Source: an uncultured delta proteobacterium (GTDB lineage Bacteria; Desulfobacterota; WTBG01). Taken from it: DNA of 64,000 bases. The position numbers were made by a program, and so were the translations under genes. The notes below the pieces were generated by a model, which made no database searches, was not told where the DNA came from, and was given only the letters and a program-made list of their open reading frames with translations. Shown here piece by piece: positions 9,226 through 19,469 of this stretch; positions within the stretch are counted from its first letter, which is position 1, and every line of letters starts with the position of its first letter. The stretch spans positions 1,206,998 to 1,270,997 of the forward strand of contig CAWCBP010000001.1 of the NCBI GenBank assembly GCA_963793865.1, in the 5' to 3' direction.

Positions 9226-10740
9226 TCATGTGCCCTCGATCAGCCCTTCCAGATAGCGCATATCCAGACGCGACCGGATGAGGTCGGCCAGGCGGTCGAG
9301 CTGCTGCTCCTTGAAGGCGGCGTATTGAAACGCCGCTGACCCGTCGCCGGCACGGAGTCCATCCCGCTTCAGCCCATCGATGAATCGCCTGCGAAAGCCG
9401 TCATTGTCAAATATGCCGTGAATGTAGGTTCCCCAAATCCTTCCGTCCCGCGACACAGCCCCGTCATAGCGCAGGCACCTTTTCCCGGACCGGCTTCGGA
9501 TCCGGAAGCGGTTCTCCTCGCCGCGGAGCACGCTTTCCCCCGCATGAATCTCGTACCCCCGGAGCTTTTCGCGGGTGCGCCCCCCTGTGGGTCCACGCAT
9601 GTCCTCCGCCTCCACCTGAAAGGTGGCCTTGTGCCGCAGAAATCGGGTTTCCACCGAAAGCAGTCCCAGGCCCTTTATCTCTCTTTTCCTGCCCTCCACT
9701 CCCTGCCTGTCCCTGATCATGGTTCCCAGCATCTGAAAGCCGCCGCAGATCCCCACGACGACACCTCCGCGTTCATGATGTCGCAGGATTGCTTCGCCGC
9801 ATCCGCTTTTCATCAGCCAGGAGAGATCTGCAATGGTATTCTTGCTTCCCGGAATAATGATTGCCTCGCAGGAACGCAAATCCCCGGGGCGCTCAACGTA
9901 GCGCAGGCCAACGTCCGACTCCCCTTCCAGGGGTTCAAAGTCGGTAAAGTTGGAAATGTGGGGAAGCCTTACAACAGCGATGCTTATGTCCCCGGAAGCG
10001 CCTTTCCCATTCCTGCCCTCGAGGGAGACGCTGTCTTCATCAGGTATGACAATATCCTTGAAATAGGGGATGACCCCCACCACCCTCACCCCGGTTTTTC
10101 TCCTGAGAAAGGTAAGCCCCGGGGTAAGCAACGATGCGTCGCCCCGGAACTTGTTGATCACAAATCCCTTGACCCGCTTTTTTTCCGATGGGGAAAGCAG
10201 CTCCATCGTCCCCACCAGGGAGGCAAACACGCCTCCGCGGTCTATGTCCGCCACCAGCAGAACCGGGGCCCGGGCCATGCGGGCGATTCTCATGTTGACG
10301 ATGTCGTTTTTTTTGAGATTAATTTCCGCCGGAGACCCCGCCCCCTCGATGAGGATCAGATCATAGAGCCGCGCCAGCCGCTCGTAGCTTTCCTGCACCG
10401 CCTTGAATGCCGTTCTCTTGAAGCGATGATAGGCGACGGCGGAATAGGTGCCCACCGCCTTTCCATGAATGATTACCTGCGCCCCGCAGTCGGTCTGGGG
10501 CTTTATCAGCACCGGGTTCATGTGCACCGAGGGCTTGATGCCTGCCGCCTCGGCCTGCACAGCCTGGGCCCGCCCTATCTCGCCCCCCTCCCCGGTGACA
10601 AAGGAATTGAGGGCCATGTTCTGCGCCTTGAACGGGGCAACCCGGTATCCTTCCTGCCGGAAGATCCTGCACAGGGCGGTAACCAGCATGCTCTTGCCCA
10701 CGTGCGAACCGGTCCCCTGAACCATCAGTGCCTTGGCCAC
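9226..10740 (-). CDS. cbiP: Cobyric acid synthase
   Basis: MVQGTGSHVGKS, PFKAQNM, EGAGSPAEIN, GICGGFQMLG and GTYIHG. Confidence 0.96.
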   Translation of the reverse strand: MAKALMVQGTGSHVGKSMLVTALCRIFRQEGYRVAPFKAQNMALNSFVTGEGGEIGRAQAVQAEAAGIKPSVHMNPVLIKPQTDCGAQVIIHGKAVGTYSAVAYHRFKRTAFKAVQESYERLARLYDLILIEGAGSPAEINLKKNDIVNMRIARMARAPVLLVADIDRGGVFASLVGTMELLSPSEKKRVKGFVINKFRGDASLLTPGLTFLRRKTGVRVVGVIPYFKDIVIPDEDSVSLEGRNGKGASGDISIAVVRLPHISNFTDFEPLEGESDVGLRYVERPGDLRSCEAIIIPGSKNTIADLSWLMKSGCGEAILRHHERGGVVVGICGGFQMLGTMIRDRQGVEGRKREIKGLGLLSVETRFLRHKATFQVEAEDMRGPTGGRTREKLRGYEIHAGESVLRGEENRFRIRSRSGKRCLRYDGAVSRDGRIWGTYIHGIFDNDGFRRRFIDGLKRDGLRAGDGSAAFQYAAFKEQQLDRLADLIRSRLDMRYLEGLIEGT

Positions 10741-10751
10741 ACTTGCCTCGC

Positions 10752-12063
10752 TTATTTTTTTTCGCCCGGGACCAAATCGTCTCTGAAGAGACGCGACGAA
10801 CCCTCATTGGCGCAGAACTGCCCGCACATGGTGCAGGTGCGCCCGTCGGCCGGCCGCCGGCTTTCCCGGATAACCCGCGCATCATCAGGAAAGAGCGCGC
10901 AGCGAAACTGCTTCTCCCAGTCGGAGTCCCTGCGGGCCTTGCTCATCTCCCGGTCCCGCTCCCTGCCCTTTTCCTTGTACTTGTTCATGTCCCCGATGTA
11001 GGCGGCTATTTTTGCCGCCTTCACCCCGATGCGGACATCATCCTCCGTGGGCAGCGCCAGGTGCTCGGCGGGTGTGATATAGCAGATCAGGTCCGCACCG
11101 TACCGCGCCGAACTGGCCGCACCGATGGCCGCGGCAATGTGGTCAAATCCCGGCGCGACATCGGTTGCCAGGGGGCCCAGCATGTAGTACGGGGCCTCGT
11201 TGCTCATGCGCTTCTGCAGAATGATGTTGGCCTCGATTTCATCCAGCGGCACATGGCCCGGGCCTTCCACCATCATCTGGCAGCCCATTTTTCTTCCCTC
11301 CTCGGCCAGCTCGCAGTTGAGAATAAGCTCCTGCACCTGCGCCCGGTCGAAGGAGTCGTGTATGGCGCCGGCCCGCAGCCCGTTGCCCAGGGAAAGCACC
11401 ACATCGTATTTTTTCAGCAGCGCCGCCACCCGGTCAAACTGCTCGTAGAGGGGGTTCTCTTTCTTATTGACCATCATCCAGTTCACCATCGAGGCGCCGC
11501 CCTTCGACACCAGCCCCCCGTAGCGGTATCCCTGCTTCTTCAGGCGCTCGATGGTGTAGAGATTGATTCCGCAGTGTATGGCCATAAAGGAGATGCCGTC
11601 GGCGCACTGCATCTCGATGATGTCAAAAAGCATCTCCCCGGAAAGCCTGGCGGGATCATTGATACTTGCGGGCGGCTTCGCAGAACGCCTGATAGAGCGG
11701 CACATTGCCCACCGGGATGGAGACCGATGCCATGACTTCACGACGGATGCGGTCGAGGTCGCCGCCCACGCTCAGCTCCATGAGCGTATCCGCACCGCAC
11801 TCCTCCGCCGCCCGCGCCTTCCTCACCTCCGCGTCAATGTTAATGATGTCCGATGAAGTCCCGATGCTCGCGTTCACCTTGGTGGAAAGCCCCTTGCCGA
11901 TGCCCACCGGGGAGCACCTGCCGTTCCGCCCGCCGGCAACAACCATCTTTCCCCCCGCGATCATGGCGCGGACATAGTCCGCCGTCACTCCTTCCCTGTG
12001 GGCTATCTCGTTCATGACCGGTGATAGTGTACCCGCGCAGGCGGTTTCCAGGATCGTCGTCAT
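10752..12063 (-). CDS. bzaF: ThiC-family radical SAM enzyme, probable 5-hydroxybenzimidazole synthase (BzaF-like); 1-nt insertion near 11661
   Basis: KVNASIGTS, GADTLMELS, HCGIN, VSKGG, EGPGHVP and C-terminal CTMCGQFC. Two ORFs join to about 436 aa. The gene lies inside a cobamide operon. Confidence 0.78.
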
Positions 12064-13073
12064 TTCCTGCCTCCTCGAATGGTTTTCTTTGCCCGTATGA
12101 GAGACGTGCCGAGCCCGATGGGCACGGTTATAACTTCCGCCGCATGCAGGCGGGTCAGCATCACTTTCATTTCATCCACGCTGTAACACCGGCCGCGGGG
12201 CGTTCCCACCAGCATGGTCAGGTTAAAAAGCGAGGCATAGAGTGTCTGCCCGCCGCCCGCGTCAAGCAGGTAATCGTGGATGACCAGCTCTCCGGGGACG
12301 GCAAGGACACGCCACAGCTTTTCCAGAATCAGCTCGACGTCTTCCTCACCATACGCATGGATCAGGTTTGAAAGGAAGACCAGGTCGTAGCCGTCACCGG
12401 GAATGGGATCTTCGATCACCTGGCAGGCGCGGCAGGTGATTCGTTCCCCCCATCCGCGTTCCTCTATCGACCGGCGCGCCGCTTCAAGCGACGGCTCCAG
12501 GTCGATCAGGGTGACTGAAAGGTCCGGATTCATCCCGCAAAAGGCGATGGCATAGCTGCCGGGACCGCACCCCGCGTCCAGCATGCGCCTGAACCTGTTG
12601 ATTCCGATGGCATCAGCAATGGCCAATGCTTTTGCCGACGCGCCCTCATCCATCGCGGCCAGGTAGTCACCGAGCCGGTGCGGATAATCCTCAAGGTACG
12701 CAGGTGATGGCATTTTAGGCGTACCGCTCTTTATCTGTTGGTCCAGGTTTTCCCAAAAAGGCCAGAGGTTTGCGGCATGATGAACGGTGCTGCCCCAGAA
12801 CTCTTTTCCGCCTTCCACCAGGAAGCGGGAAGCAAGTGCTGCATTCCGGTAACGGCCGTCCTCCTGCTGCTGGACCAGCTTTAGATCGACAAGCACCTTA
12901 AGCATGCGCTTGAGCGCCGCGGCGTCGGCACCAGAGCGCGCTGCCAGTTCTCCCGGGTCTCCCGCTCCCTCCTCCAGCACGGTGAAGAGCCTGAGATGTA
13001 AAGCGGCAAAGATAACTTGCGACACCTGGTAGCCCAGGGCCAGCCCCGTGATGTAGCTTCTGTCCTCCGACAT
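12060..13073 (-). CDS. SAM-dependent O-methyltransferase with dimerisation domain (BzaC-like)
   Basis: N-terminal dimerisation helix (SQVIFAALHLRLF) and motif I LDAGCGPGSY. It overlaps the bzaF-like start (ATGA). Confidence 0.8.
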   Translation of the reverse strand: MSEDRSYITGLALGYQVSQVIFAALHLRLFTVLEEGAGDPGELAARSGADAAALKRMLKVLVDLKLVQQQEDGRYRNAALASRFLVEGGKEFWGSTVHHAANLWPFWENLDQQIKSGTPKMPSPAYLEDYPHRLGDYLAAMDEGASAKALAIADAIGINRFRRMLDAGCGPGSYAIAFCGMNPDLSVTLIDLEPSLEAARRSIEERGWGERITCRACQVIEDPIPGDGYDLVFLSNLIHAYGEEDVELILEKLWRVLAVPGELVIHDYLLDAGGGQTLYASLFNLTMLVGTPRGRCYSVDEMKVMLTRLHAAEVITVPIGLGTSLIRAKKTIRGGRK

Positions 13074-13090
13074 CTTTTTACGCTTGCACC

Positions 13091-14653
13091 TTACCGGCAG
13101 GTCCGACCCGCGGGGGAAAGGACACGGTCAATGTATGAAAGTGATTCCTGGATAAAACGGTCCTGCTGCCCGTACTTGCATAAACTGCTGTCCTTCTCAA
13201 GCCGCTGAAGCACTTCTTCAAACAGGCTGACCAGCCACCGGTTGAGCTCCTCTGCCGCACCCGAGGCGGGATGACCGGCTTCCCGTGCGTAGAGATTTTG
13301 CCAGTAGATGGGCGAATCAGGCTTCTCCATGCGCTTAAGCAGATGACGGCAGACCGCCCCGAATATGTCGGCGCAGACTTGCACCTTTTCATGCCTGAAT
13401 GTGTAGCTCCCGTGATAGGGGCCCTCAGGCAGGGCTTTGAGCCGGCCTCCCGTTAGCAGCCGCTCATACATGCCGGTACCCATCAGCGCAATCCCGGGGT
13501 GATAGAGCAGATCGACGGTCGCCGTGAGCCTTCCCAGCAGGCCGTGCGACCGGAGGAAGGAAACGTTTTCCCGCAGGTCTGCAATCGTCGAGTCAGGCTC
13601 AAACATGATGAATCCGACGTGCGGCTCGATACCATGGCTGCGCAGCAGTGCCACTGCGGCGATATTCTGCTCCACCGTGGTCCGCTTGTTCATGCGCTCC
13701 AGGCAGTCCTGCGATCCGCTTTCAATGCCAAGAAACACATCGCGCAGCCCGGCCCCCGCCAACCGGCGCAGCGACCGCACGCGCACATCGTTCACGCGGC
13801 ATTCAAGACCGAAGGAAAGTCCCGCTTCACCTTCCAGGCATGCGGCAATCGCCTCCGCCCGCTCCTGCCCCGCCTCACCCGGACCGAAAAAGTTTGCGTC
13901 AACAAAATAGATGTACTTCCCGGCAAGTGCCGGGAGCAGTGTGGTTACCTCAGCATGAATATTCTCCGGGGATCGGCCCCGCCACAGGGGGTTCGCCCCG
14001 TAGAAATCATTGATGGGACAGAACGAGCAGCTCCCGTAACAGCCCCGGCTTCCCAGTACGGTTCCGCCGCTTCTTGCCAGCCCTGCCCGTGTCCGGCGGG
14101 GAAAGGGCAGCGCATCAAGATCACCGATCACTTCCCGGCGGGGGTTCACCACACATTCCCCTCCCCGCCTCCATACAAGGCCCTTAACACTGCCCGGATC
14201 GACACCCTTCCACCCGCTCGAACAGATATCGAGAAAGGTCATTTCAGGCTCGCCCCTGATGACCGCCTCGATAAAAGGATATGCGCGCATGAGGTATTCG
14301 GCGGCGACGGTCGGAAAGAATCCGTAGGCTATGACCGGCACGCCCCTGCGAGCGGCAATTCCTGCCAGCATCTCCAAAACAGCGGGTGTGTGCTCCCAGC
14401 TATACACCAGATGCACGCCCAGGAGGTCGCACCGCATGCCGGAAAGCGCTTCAGCCGCCGCGGAAAAGTCATCCTCCCCTGCGGTGCCGTCATGCAGCTC
14501 CGCATCAATACCCCGGCTCTGGAGAAGGGATGCGAGATACCCCGAGAGCAGGGATGAGGAAAGGGGCGTATTGGCGATGGTATTAAAATGCAGGGCGGAT
14601 CTGCCCCGCGGATGCTCCAGCAATAGAACTTTCATACCCTTATGTCGACTCAA
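13091..14653 (-). CDS. B12-binding (class B) radical SAM protein, BzaD/BzaE-like candidate
   Basis: N-terminal B12-binding-like domain (..VIRGEPE..), SRGCYGSCSFC, FVDANF and FLGIESG. Confidence 0.8.
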   Translation of the reverse strand: MSRHKGMKVLLLEHPRGRSALHFNTIANTPLSSSLLSGYLASLLQSRGIDAELHDGTAGEDDFSAAAEALSGMRCDLLGVHLVYSWEHTPAVLEMLAGIAARRGVPVIAYGFFPTVAAEYLMRAYPFIEAVIRGEPEMTFLDICSSGWKGVDPGSVKGLVWRRGGECVVNPRREVIGDLDALPFPRRTRAGLARSGGTVLGSRGCYGSCSFCPINDFYGANPLWRGRSPENIHAEVTTLLPALAGKYIYFVDANFFGPGEAGQERAEAIAACLEGEAGLSFGLECRVNDVRVRSLRRLAGAGLRDVFLGIESGSQDCLERMNKRTTVEQNIAAVALLRSHGIEPHVGFIMFEPDSTIADLRENVSFLRSHGLLGRLTATVDLLYHPGIALMGTGMYERLLTGGRLKALPEGPYHGSYTFRHEKVQVCADIFGAVCRHLLKRMEKPDSPIYWQNLYAREAGHPASGAAEELNRWLVSLFEEVLQRLEKDSSLCKYGQQDRFIQESLSYIDRVLSPAGRTCR

Positions 14654-16072
14654 GCACGTCCGGCTTTACCGCGCAGGTCAGCCGAATGTTTGCGGCACGA
14701 TTCCACGAATCTTTTTGCAAAATGAGGGTTTGAGCCAAAGTGAAGGTGGACATACTGGGCCAGGACATTTTTATAGCGGAACCCGTCCCGGGATGCCCTT
14801 CCGGCCGTGCCTTTTCTGACGCTGAAGGCATCACCCTGAAAGAGGCTTCCTCCCGCAAGAGAGGAATACCGGAACTGGTGGCCGCGAGCACATTCGCCCC
14901 TGCCGGCGATGATGGTATTCCTCATCGCCCGTACGCTATGGTAACCGAGATGAGTAAACCGCGTGTGCATCACCGCGATATAGGGGAAGATGCCCGCCAT
15001 TTTATGTGTTCTTCCGGCAAAGGTTTTGATCCCGCTTCCCAGATACATCAACCCGCCGCACTCCGCGTAGACAGGGCCGCCGTCTTCGGCAAATCGCCTG
15101 AGCTGCCGGCGCATGGCCGCGTTCCCCTCCAGCTCCGGGGCAAACAGCTCGGGATATCCGCCACCGATATAGATTCCGTCCAGGCGCGGCGGCAGTGCCC
15201 GGTCGCCAAGGGGACTGAAGGGAATAAGCGTCGCGCCCCTCTGCCGCAGCAGATCGAGATTATCCTGGTAGTAAAAAAGAGAATGCCCGGTCACGGGCAA
15301 TGCCGACACGCACCCCCGGCCCGGTTGGACGCAGCCCATCATCGTGATGCTGCTCTTCCCGCGAATGCCTTTGCGTCACCGGTGAACTTACTCTGAGCAG
15401 CAGGTCAAGGTCAAGGCAGCGCTCAAAGAGCACGGCCAGGCGATCAATGAATCTCCGTGTTACCATAAATTCCGTCGCGGTCACCAGGCCCAGGTGCCTC
15501 TCGGGGATGGTGATGGACCCTTCGGCGGGCAGGTAACCGATGACGGGTATGCCGCACCGTTTCTCGATGATTGCCTTAAGCCGCCGATAATGGTCGTCGC
15601 TTCCCACCCGGTTGAGGACAACACCCGATATGGCAACTCCCCGCCGGTAGCGATTGAACCCGCTGATCAAAGCCGCGGCGCTTCCCGACATCCCCCGGGC
15701 GTCAACCACCAGCACAACCGCTGTCTTCAGCCAGCGGGCTATCTGGGCTGTGCTGCCCTCATCATCGGCCCCGAGGCGCCCGTCGAAGAGTCCCATCACC
15801 CCTTCGATAACCGCCGCATCCTTCCCCCGGCAGTGCCGCAGGAAGCTGCCGACCGTGTAGGCCCTGCCCAGCATCCAGCCGTCCAGGTTGCGGGACGGCA
15901 GCCTGCAAACGGCCTGGTGGTGGCCGGGATCGATAAAGTCAGGCCCTACCTTGAAGGGCTGGACGGCAAGCCCCCGCCGCCTGAGCGCAGCCATGATGCC
16001 CAGGGCAACGGTTGTTTTCCCCACGCCGCTGTGGGTGCCGGCAATAATCATGGCTTTAGTTTTTACCGTCAT
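14650..16072 (-). CDS. cbiA: Cobyrinate a,c-diamide synthase; extra base in a T6 run (15273-15278)
   Basis: IAGTHSGVGKTT, KVGPDFID, EGVMGLFDG and ERHLGL, then GGGYPE and AECGGLMYL in the second frame. AFSFYY is restored by removing one T. Confidence 0.92.
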
Positions 16073-17144
16073 GGCGGTCCGCAATTGTTTTAAGCGCGGC
16101 AAGCAGCCGCCGGTTATCTTTTCTGCGCTTCACCGCCACCCGGATATATTTATTGCCCATGCCGGTAAAGGAGCGGCAATCCCTGACCAGGATGCCATTT
16201 CGCGCCAGCTCTTCATAGAGACGGGTGGATGAGAGGCCCCTGCCGGTAATCTTCAGCAGCAGGTAGTTCGCCGATGACGGCCGGGGCTGCAATCCCGGTA
16301 TTGACCCCAGCCGCGAAAAGAGGCGGCCCCGCTCGGCAGCCACGAAGCGCCTGGTTTCGTCGGCAAAATCCTTGTCTGCCGCGCAGGCAATGCCGATTTT
16401 TTGCGCGAGGGCATTGACCGTCCATGGTTCCTTGTGCCGGCTCAGCTGTGCCACCAGCTGCGGCGGGCCGACAAGGTAGCCGAGGCGTATCCCGGGAATG
16501 CCAAAAAATTTGGTCATTGACCGCAGCACCATCACCGTGCGCCCGCTGACGGCTTTTCCGGCAACTGAGTGACGGGGTGCAAAATCCACAAATGCCTCAT
16601 CAACCACCACCAGCACCCCGTTTTTCTTCGCGGCCGCAAGAAGCGCCCCAAGCACATCCGGCTCCATCAGCGCGCCCGTGGGGTTATTGGGATTGCAGAG
16701 AAAGAGCATGTCCATCCGGGGAAGAAGTGCGATGGCCTGCTCGGCGCGCACCCTGAACCCATCCCCTTCCTGCAGGGGAATCGTTTGTACCGCGCATCCC
16801 GCCTCCCGCAGGCCCCTTTCATATTCAGAAAAGGAGGGCGTGAAGACCAGTGCCCTGCGCGGCTTAAAAGCCCGGGGAATGAGGTATATAAGTTCCGTGG
16901 AACCGTTGCCGGCGATGATGTTTCGCGGGGCACACCCCAGTGATGCCGCCAGCGCCTCCCGGAGTTGGTTGCAGTGACTATCGGGGTATGAGGACAGAAG
17001 TGCGGCCCCTTTTCTCAAGAGCAGGCGGACGCCGGAAGGACACCCGAGAGGATTAATGCTGGAGCTGAAGTCTATAATAGCGTCTTCATCAATGTGGTAG
17101 AGCCGGCTGATTTCCCGGAGATTGCCTCCGTGTACCTGCATCAT
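16056..17144 (-). CDS. cobD: Threonine-phosphate decarboxylase
   Basis: HGGN, DFSSSINPLG, NPNNPTG, DEAF and SMTKFFGIPGIRLG. Confidence 0.92.
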   Translation of the reverse strand: MMQVHGGNLREISRLYHIDEDAIIDFSSSINPLGCPSGVRLLLRKGAALLSSYPDSHCNQLREALAASLGCAPRNIIAGNGSTELIYLIPRAFKPRRALVFTPSFSEYERGLREAGCAVQTIPLQEGDGFRVRAEQAIALLPRMDMLFLCNPNNPTGALMEPDVLGALLAAAKKNGVLVVVDEAFVDFAPRHSVAGKAVSGRTVMVLRSMTKFFGIPGIRLGYLVGPPQLVAQLSRHKEPWTVNALAQKIGIACAADKDFADETRRFVAAERGRLFSRLGSIPGLQPRPSSANYLLLKITGRGLSSTRLYEELARNGILVRDCRSFTGMGNKYIRVAVKRRKDNRRLLAALKTIADRHDGKN

Positions 17145-18103
17145 GAAAGCGCCTCCCGGTACAGCAGGCAAAGCAGCAGCATGAGTGCCGAGGCAAGATA
17201 CATCATGGTAACCGCTTCCTTAATGGTATTTCCGGTGAGGGGCCTTTTTTGCTCCCCCATCGTGGCGGCATTCCTCAGGACGCCATGGTACAAGGAAGGT
17301 CCTCCCAGCTGCACCCCGAGGGCGCCGGCCATGGCCGATTCCGGGTAGCCGCTGTTCGGGCTCAGGTGCTTGCGAGCGTCACTGCGCATCATGGCATAAG
17401 CGCCCCGCCAGTCCCTGCGTGCGATAACGGCCGCGGCAATCAGCAAAAGCCCGGTCAGACGGGCGGGAAGATAATTGACCACATCATCACAGCGAGCGGA
17501 AGCCCATCCCATATCACGGTAGCGCTGATTCTTATAGCCGACCATGGAGTCAAGCGTGTTGACTGCCTTGTAGGCCATGCCCAGCGCCGGTCCGCCCAGC
17601 GCCACGTAGAAAAGCGGCGCCACAATGCCGTCAGAGGTGTTTTCAGCCACTGTTTCCACGGCAGCCCTGGCCACCTCTTCGCCGCTGAGGCCCGCGGTTT
17701 CCCTGCCCACAACCATGGCCAGACTGGTCCGGGCGCCGGCCACATCGCCGGAGGCCAGGCGGGCAAGCACCGCCCGCGCCGCGTCCCCCAGCGCCTTAAC
17801 CGATATGGTAAAATATACCAGCACCACGGAGACACAGAAGCCGGCGTATTCGTGCACCCGGAAGGAGGCCATAAGCAAAAGCCAGACAGCGGCGTACACC
17901 AGGAGGACCACCCCGGCACAGAGCACCACACCGCGCGCTTTCTCACCGGCCCGGCTGAAAGGATGGGCACGCAGCACTCTTTCGAAAACGGCTATCAGCC
18001 TGCCCACCAGGCGGATGGGATGAAGACCCCACTGGGGATCACCCGCAACCAGGTCCGCGGCATAGGCGATGGTGAGCACGAGGGGGGAAGTCATTTCATC
18101 CAT
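17141..18103 (-). CDS. cbiB: Adenosylcobinamide-phosphate synthase
   Basis: GDP..HPI, ETVAENTSDG, YKAVNTLDSMVGY and SPNSGYPE. Confidence 0.96.
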   Translation of the reverse strand: MDEMTSPLVLTIAYAADLVAGDPQWGLHPIRLVGRLIAVFERVLRAHPFSRAGEKARGVVLCAGVVLLVYAAVWLLLMASFRVHEYAGFCVSVVLVYFTISVKALGDAARAVLARLASGDVAGARTSLAMVVGRETAGLSGEEVARAAVETVAENTSDGIVAPLFYVALGGPALGMAYKAVNTLDSMVGYKNQRYRDMGWASARCDDVVNYLPARLTGLLLIAAAVIARRDWRGAYAMMRSDARKHLSPNSGYPESAMAGALGVQLGGPSLYHGVLRNAATMGEQKRPLTGNTIKEAVTMMYLASALMLLLCLLYREALS

Positions 18104-18695
18104 TCACCAGTTTGACCACCGGACCGCTCTCGTAATAATCAATGATGTTGATGCATCCATAGGACTGATCCATGCGCATCAGGTGTGCCAGATCCAGATT
18201 GAGCGCGTCAAATAAAATAACCCTGTTTACCCCGCCGTGGGCCAGCAGCACAATGGTGCCGCCCGCATGCTCGGCGAGAACGCGGGTAAGCTTGCGCATT
18301 ACCCGCTCCCGGACATCACTGAAACTTTCCCCTCCATCGACGCGGCGGTGAACCAGGTCCTGCAGGCGCGCAGCGTAATCCTCAGGATGGCGCTCCATGA
18401 TTTCTTCCCGGGTCATTCCCTCCCAGATGCCCAGGTTGATCTCACGGAACTCCGGACATGAAACGGGTTCGATGCCGTGACAGCCGGCAATGATCTCCGC
18501 GCCCTTCCTGGCCCGGATGAGATCGCTGCTGAAAAAGGCATGTATCTCCTCGTCCCGCAGGCGGTTCCTGATCCGCTCCATCTGTTCAACGCCGTTCCCG
18601 GTAATGTCCACATCGGTGTGACCAATGTAGCGGAATTCAGCGCTGGCCGTGGTTTCGCCATGCCGCGCAAGGTAGAGTCTCGTTCTTGTTTCCAT
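18096..18695 (-). CDS. cobC: Alpha-ribazole phosphatase (histidine phosphatase)
   Basis: LARHGET, SSDL.RA, GGES and AHGG; cob operon context. Confidence 0.88.
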   Translation of the reverse strand: METRTRLYLARHGETTASAEFRYIGHTDVDITGNGVEQMERIRNRLRDEEIHAFFSSDLIRARKGAEIIAGCHGIEPVSCPEFREINLGIWEGMTREEIMERHPEDYAARLQDLVHRRVDGGESFSDVRERVMRKLTRVLAEHAGGTIVLLAHGGVNRVILFDALNLDLAHLMRMDQSYGCINIIDYYESGPVVKLVNG

Positions 18696-18731
18696 ATGCA
18701 CATCCTCAGACAGGTGCCGCAGCAAAACCTG

Positions 18732-19469
18732 TTAGAATTTGACCAGCAGCATTATGAGAGCCGCCGTTTCGGCCAGCTCGGTTACAGCCCCCAGAACATC
18801 GCCGGTGACCCCGCCCAGGGTACGCCGGAAGTAACCCGCGTAGGCGAAGCATGTGGCGAGGCTGGCGACGGCCACAACCGCCCCCCTGAGCGAGAACAGG
18901 TAATACGCTAAGGCGCCCACGAGCAGCGAGGTGGCAAGCACCACCGTCAGGGTAACCTGCCGGGTAAAGGTAAAGCCGACGCCGCGGGTCAGCCCGGCAT
19001 AGTCCGCCCGGTAGGCAACAAGCACCTGCGCCCAGCGCCCGATCACCGGTATCAGCAGAATGGCTCTAAATTTAAGGTGCGGGGGCACGGCCAGCAGCGC
19101 GACGTATTTGAGCATGATAACCAGGATAACGCACACGGCGCCGATCGCCCCGATCCGGGGGTCCTTCATGATGCGCAATCGGTCTTCCCGGTCTTTTCCG
19201 CCGGCAATTCCGTCAGCCGTGTCCGCCAGCCCGTCGAGATGGATGGCGCCGCTCAGGGCTGCCAGCAGCGCGATTATCATTCCGTCAGCCACGCTCAGCG
19301 GCAGCAGCGCCGCCAGCGGGATGTGGACCAGGGCGAGGCATGCACCCATGCACAGGCCCACCAGGGGGAAATAGCGCATGGACCTGCCCACTTCCTCCTC
19401 GTTGACCTTCATCCCCGGATCAAGGGGAATGCAGGTAAGAAACTGTAGGGCGATAATGAACGCGCGCAT
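18732..19469 (-). CDS. cobS: Adenosylcobinamide-GDP ribazoletransferase
   Basis: LQFLT, HLDGLADTADG, IMKDPRIG and GGVTGDVLGA. Confidence 0.96.
   Translation of the reverse strand: MRAFIIALQFLTCIPLDPGMKVNEEEVGRSMRYFPLVGLCMGACLALVHIPLAALLPLSVADGMIIALLAALSGAIHLDGLADTADGIAGGKDREDRLRIMKDPRIGAIGAVCVILVIMLKYVALLAVPPHLKFRAILLIPVIGRWAQVLVAYRADYAGLTRGVGFTFTRQVTLTVVLATSLLVGALAYYLFSLRGAVVAVASLATCFAYAGYFRRTLGGVTGDVLGAVTELAETAALIMLLVKF

Noticed and set aside
9418..11001. Long antisense ORFs (also 5302-6372, 13499-14557, 24362-25447, 41666-43051, 62290-63447)
   Set aside because: They lie opposite well-supported genes, which is expected in GC-rich DNA, and they show no motifs.
10752..12063. Thiamine biosynthesis thiC
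   Set aside because: It is embedded in the cobamide operon with no thi genes or TPP riboswitch, so BzaF-like is more parsimonious (not proven).
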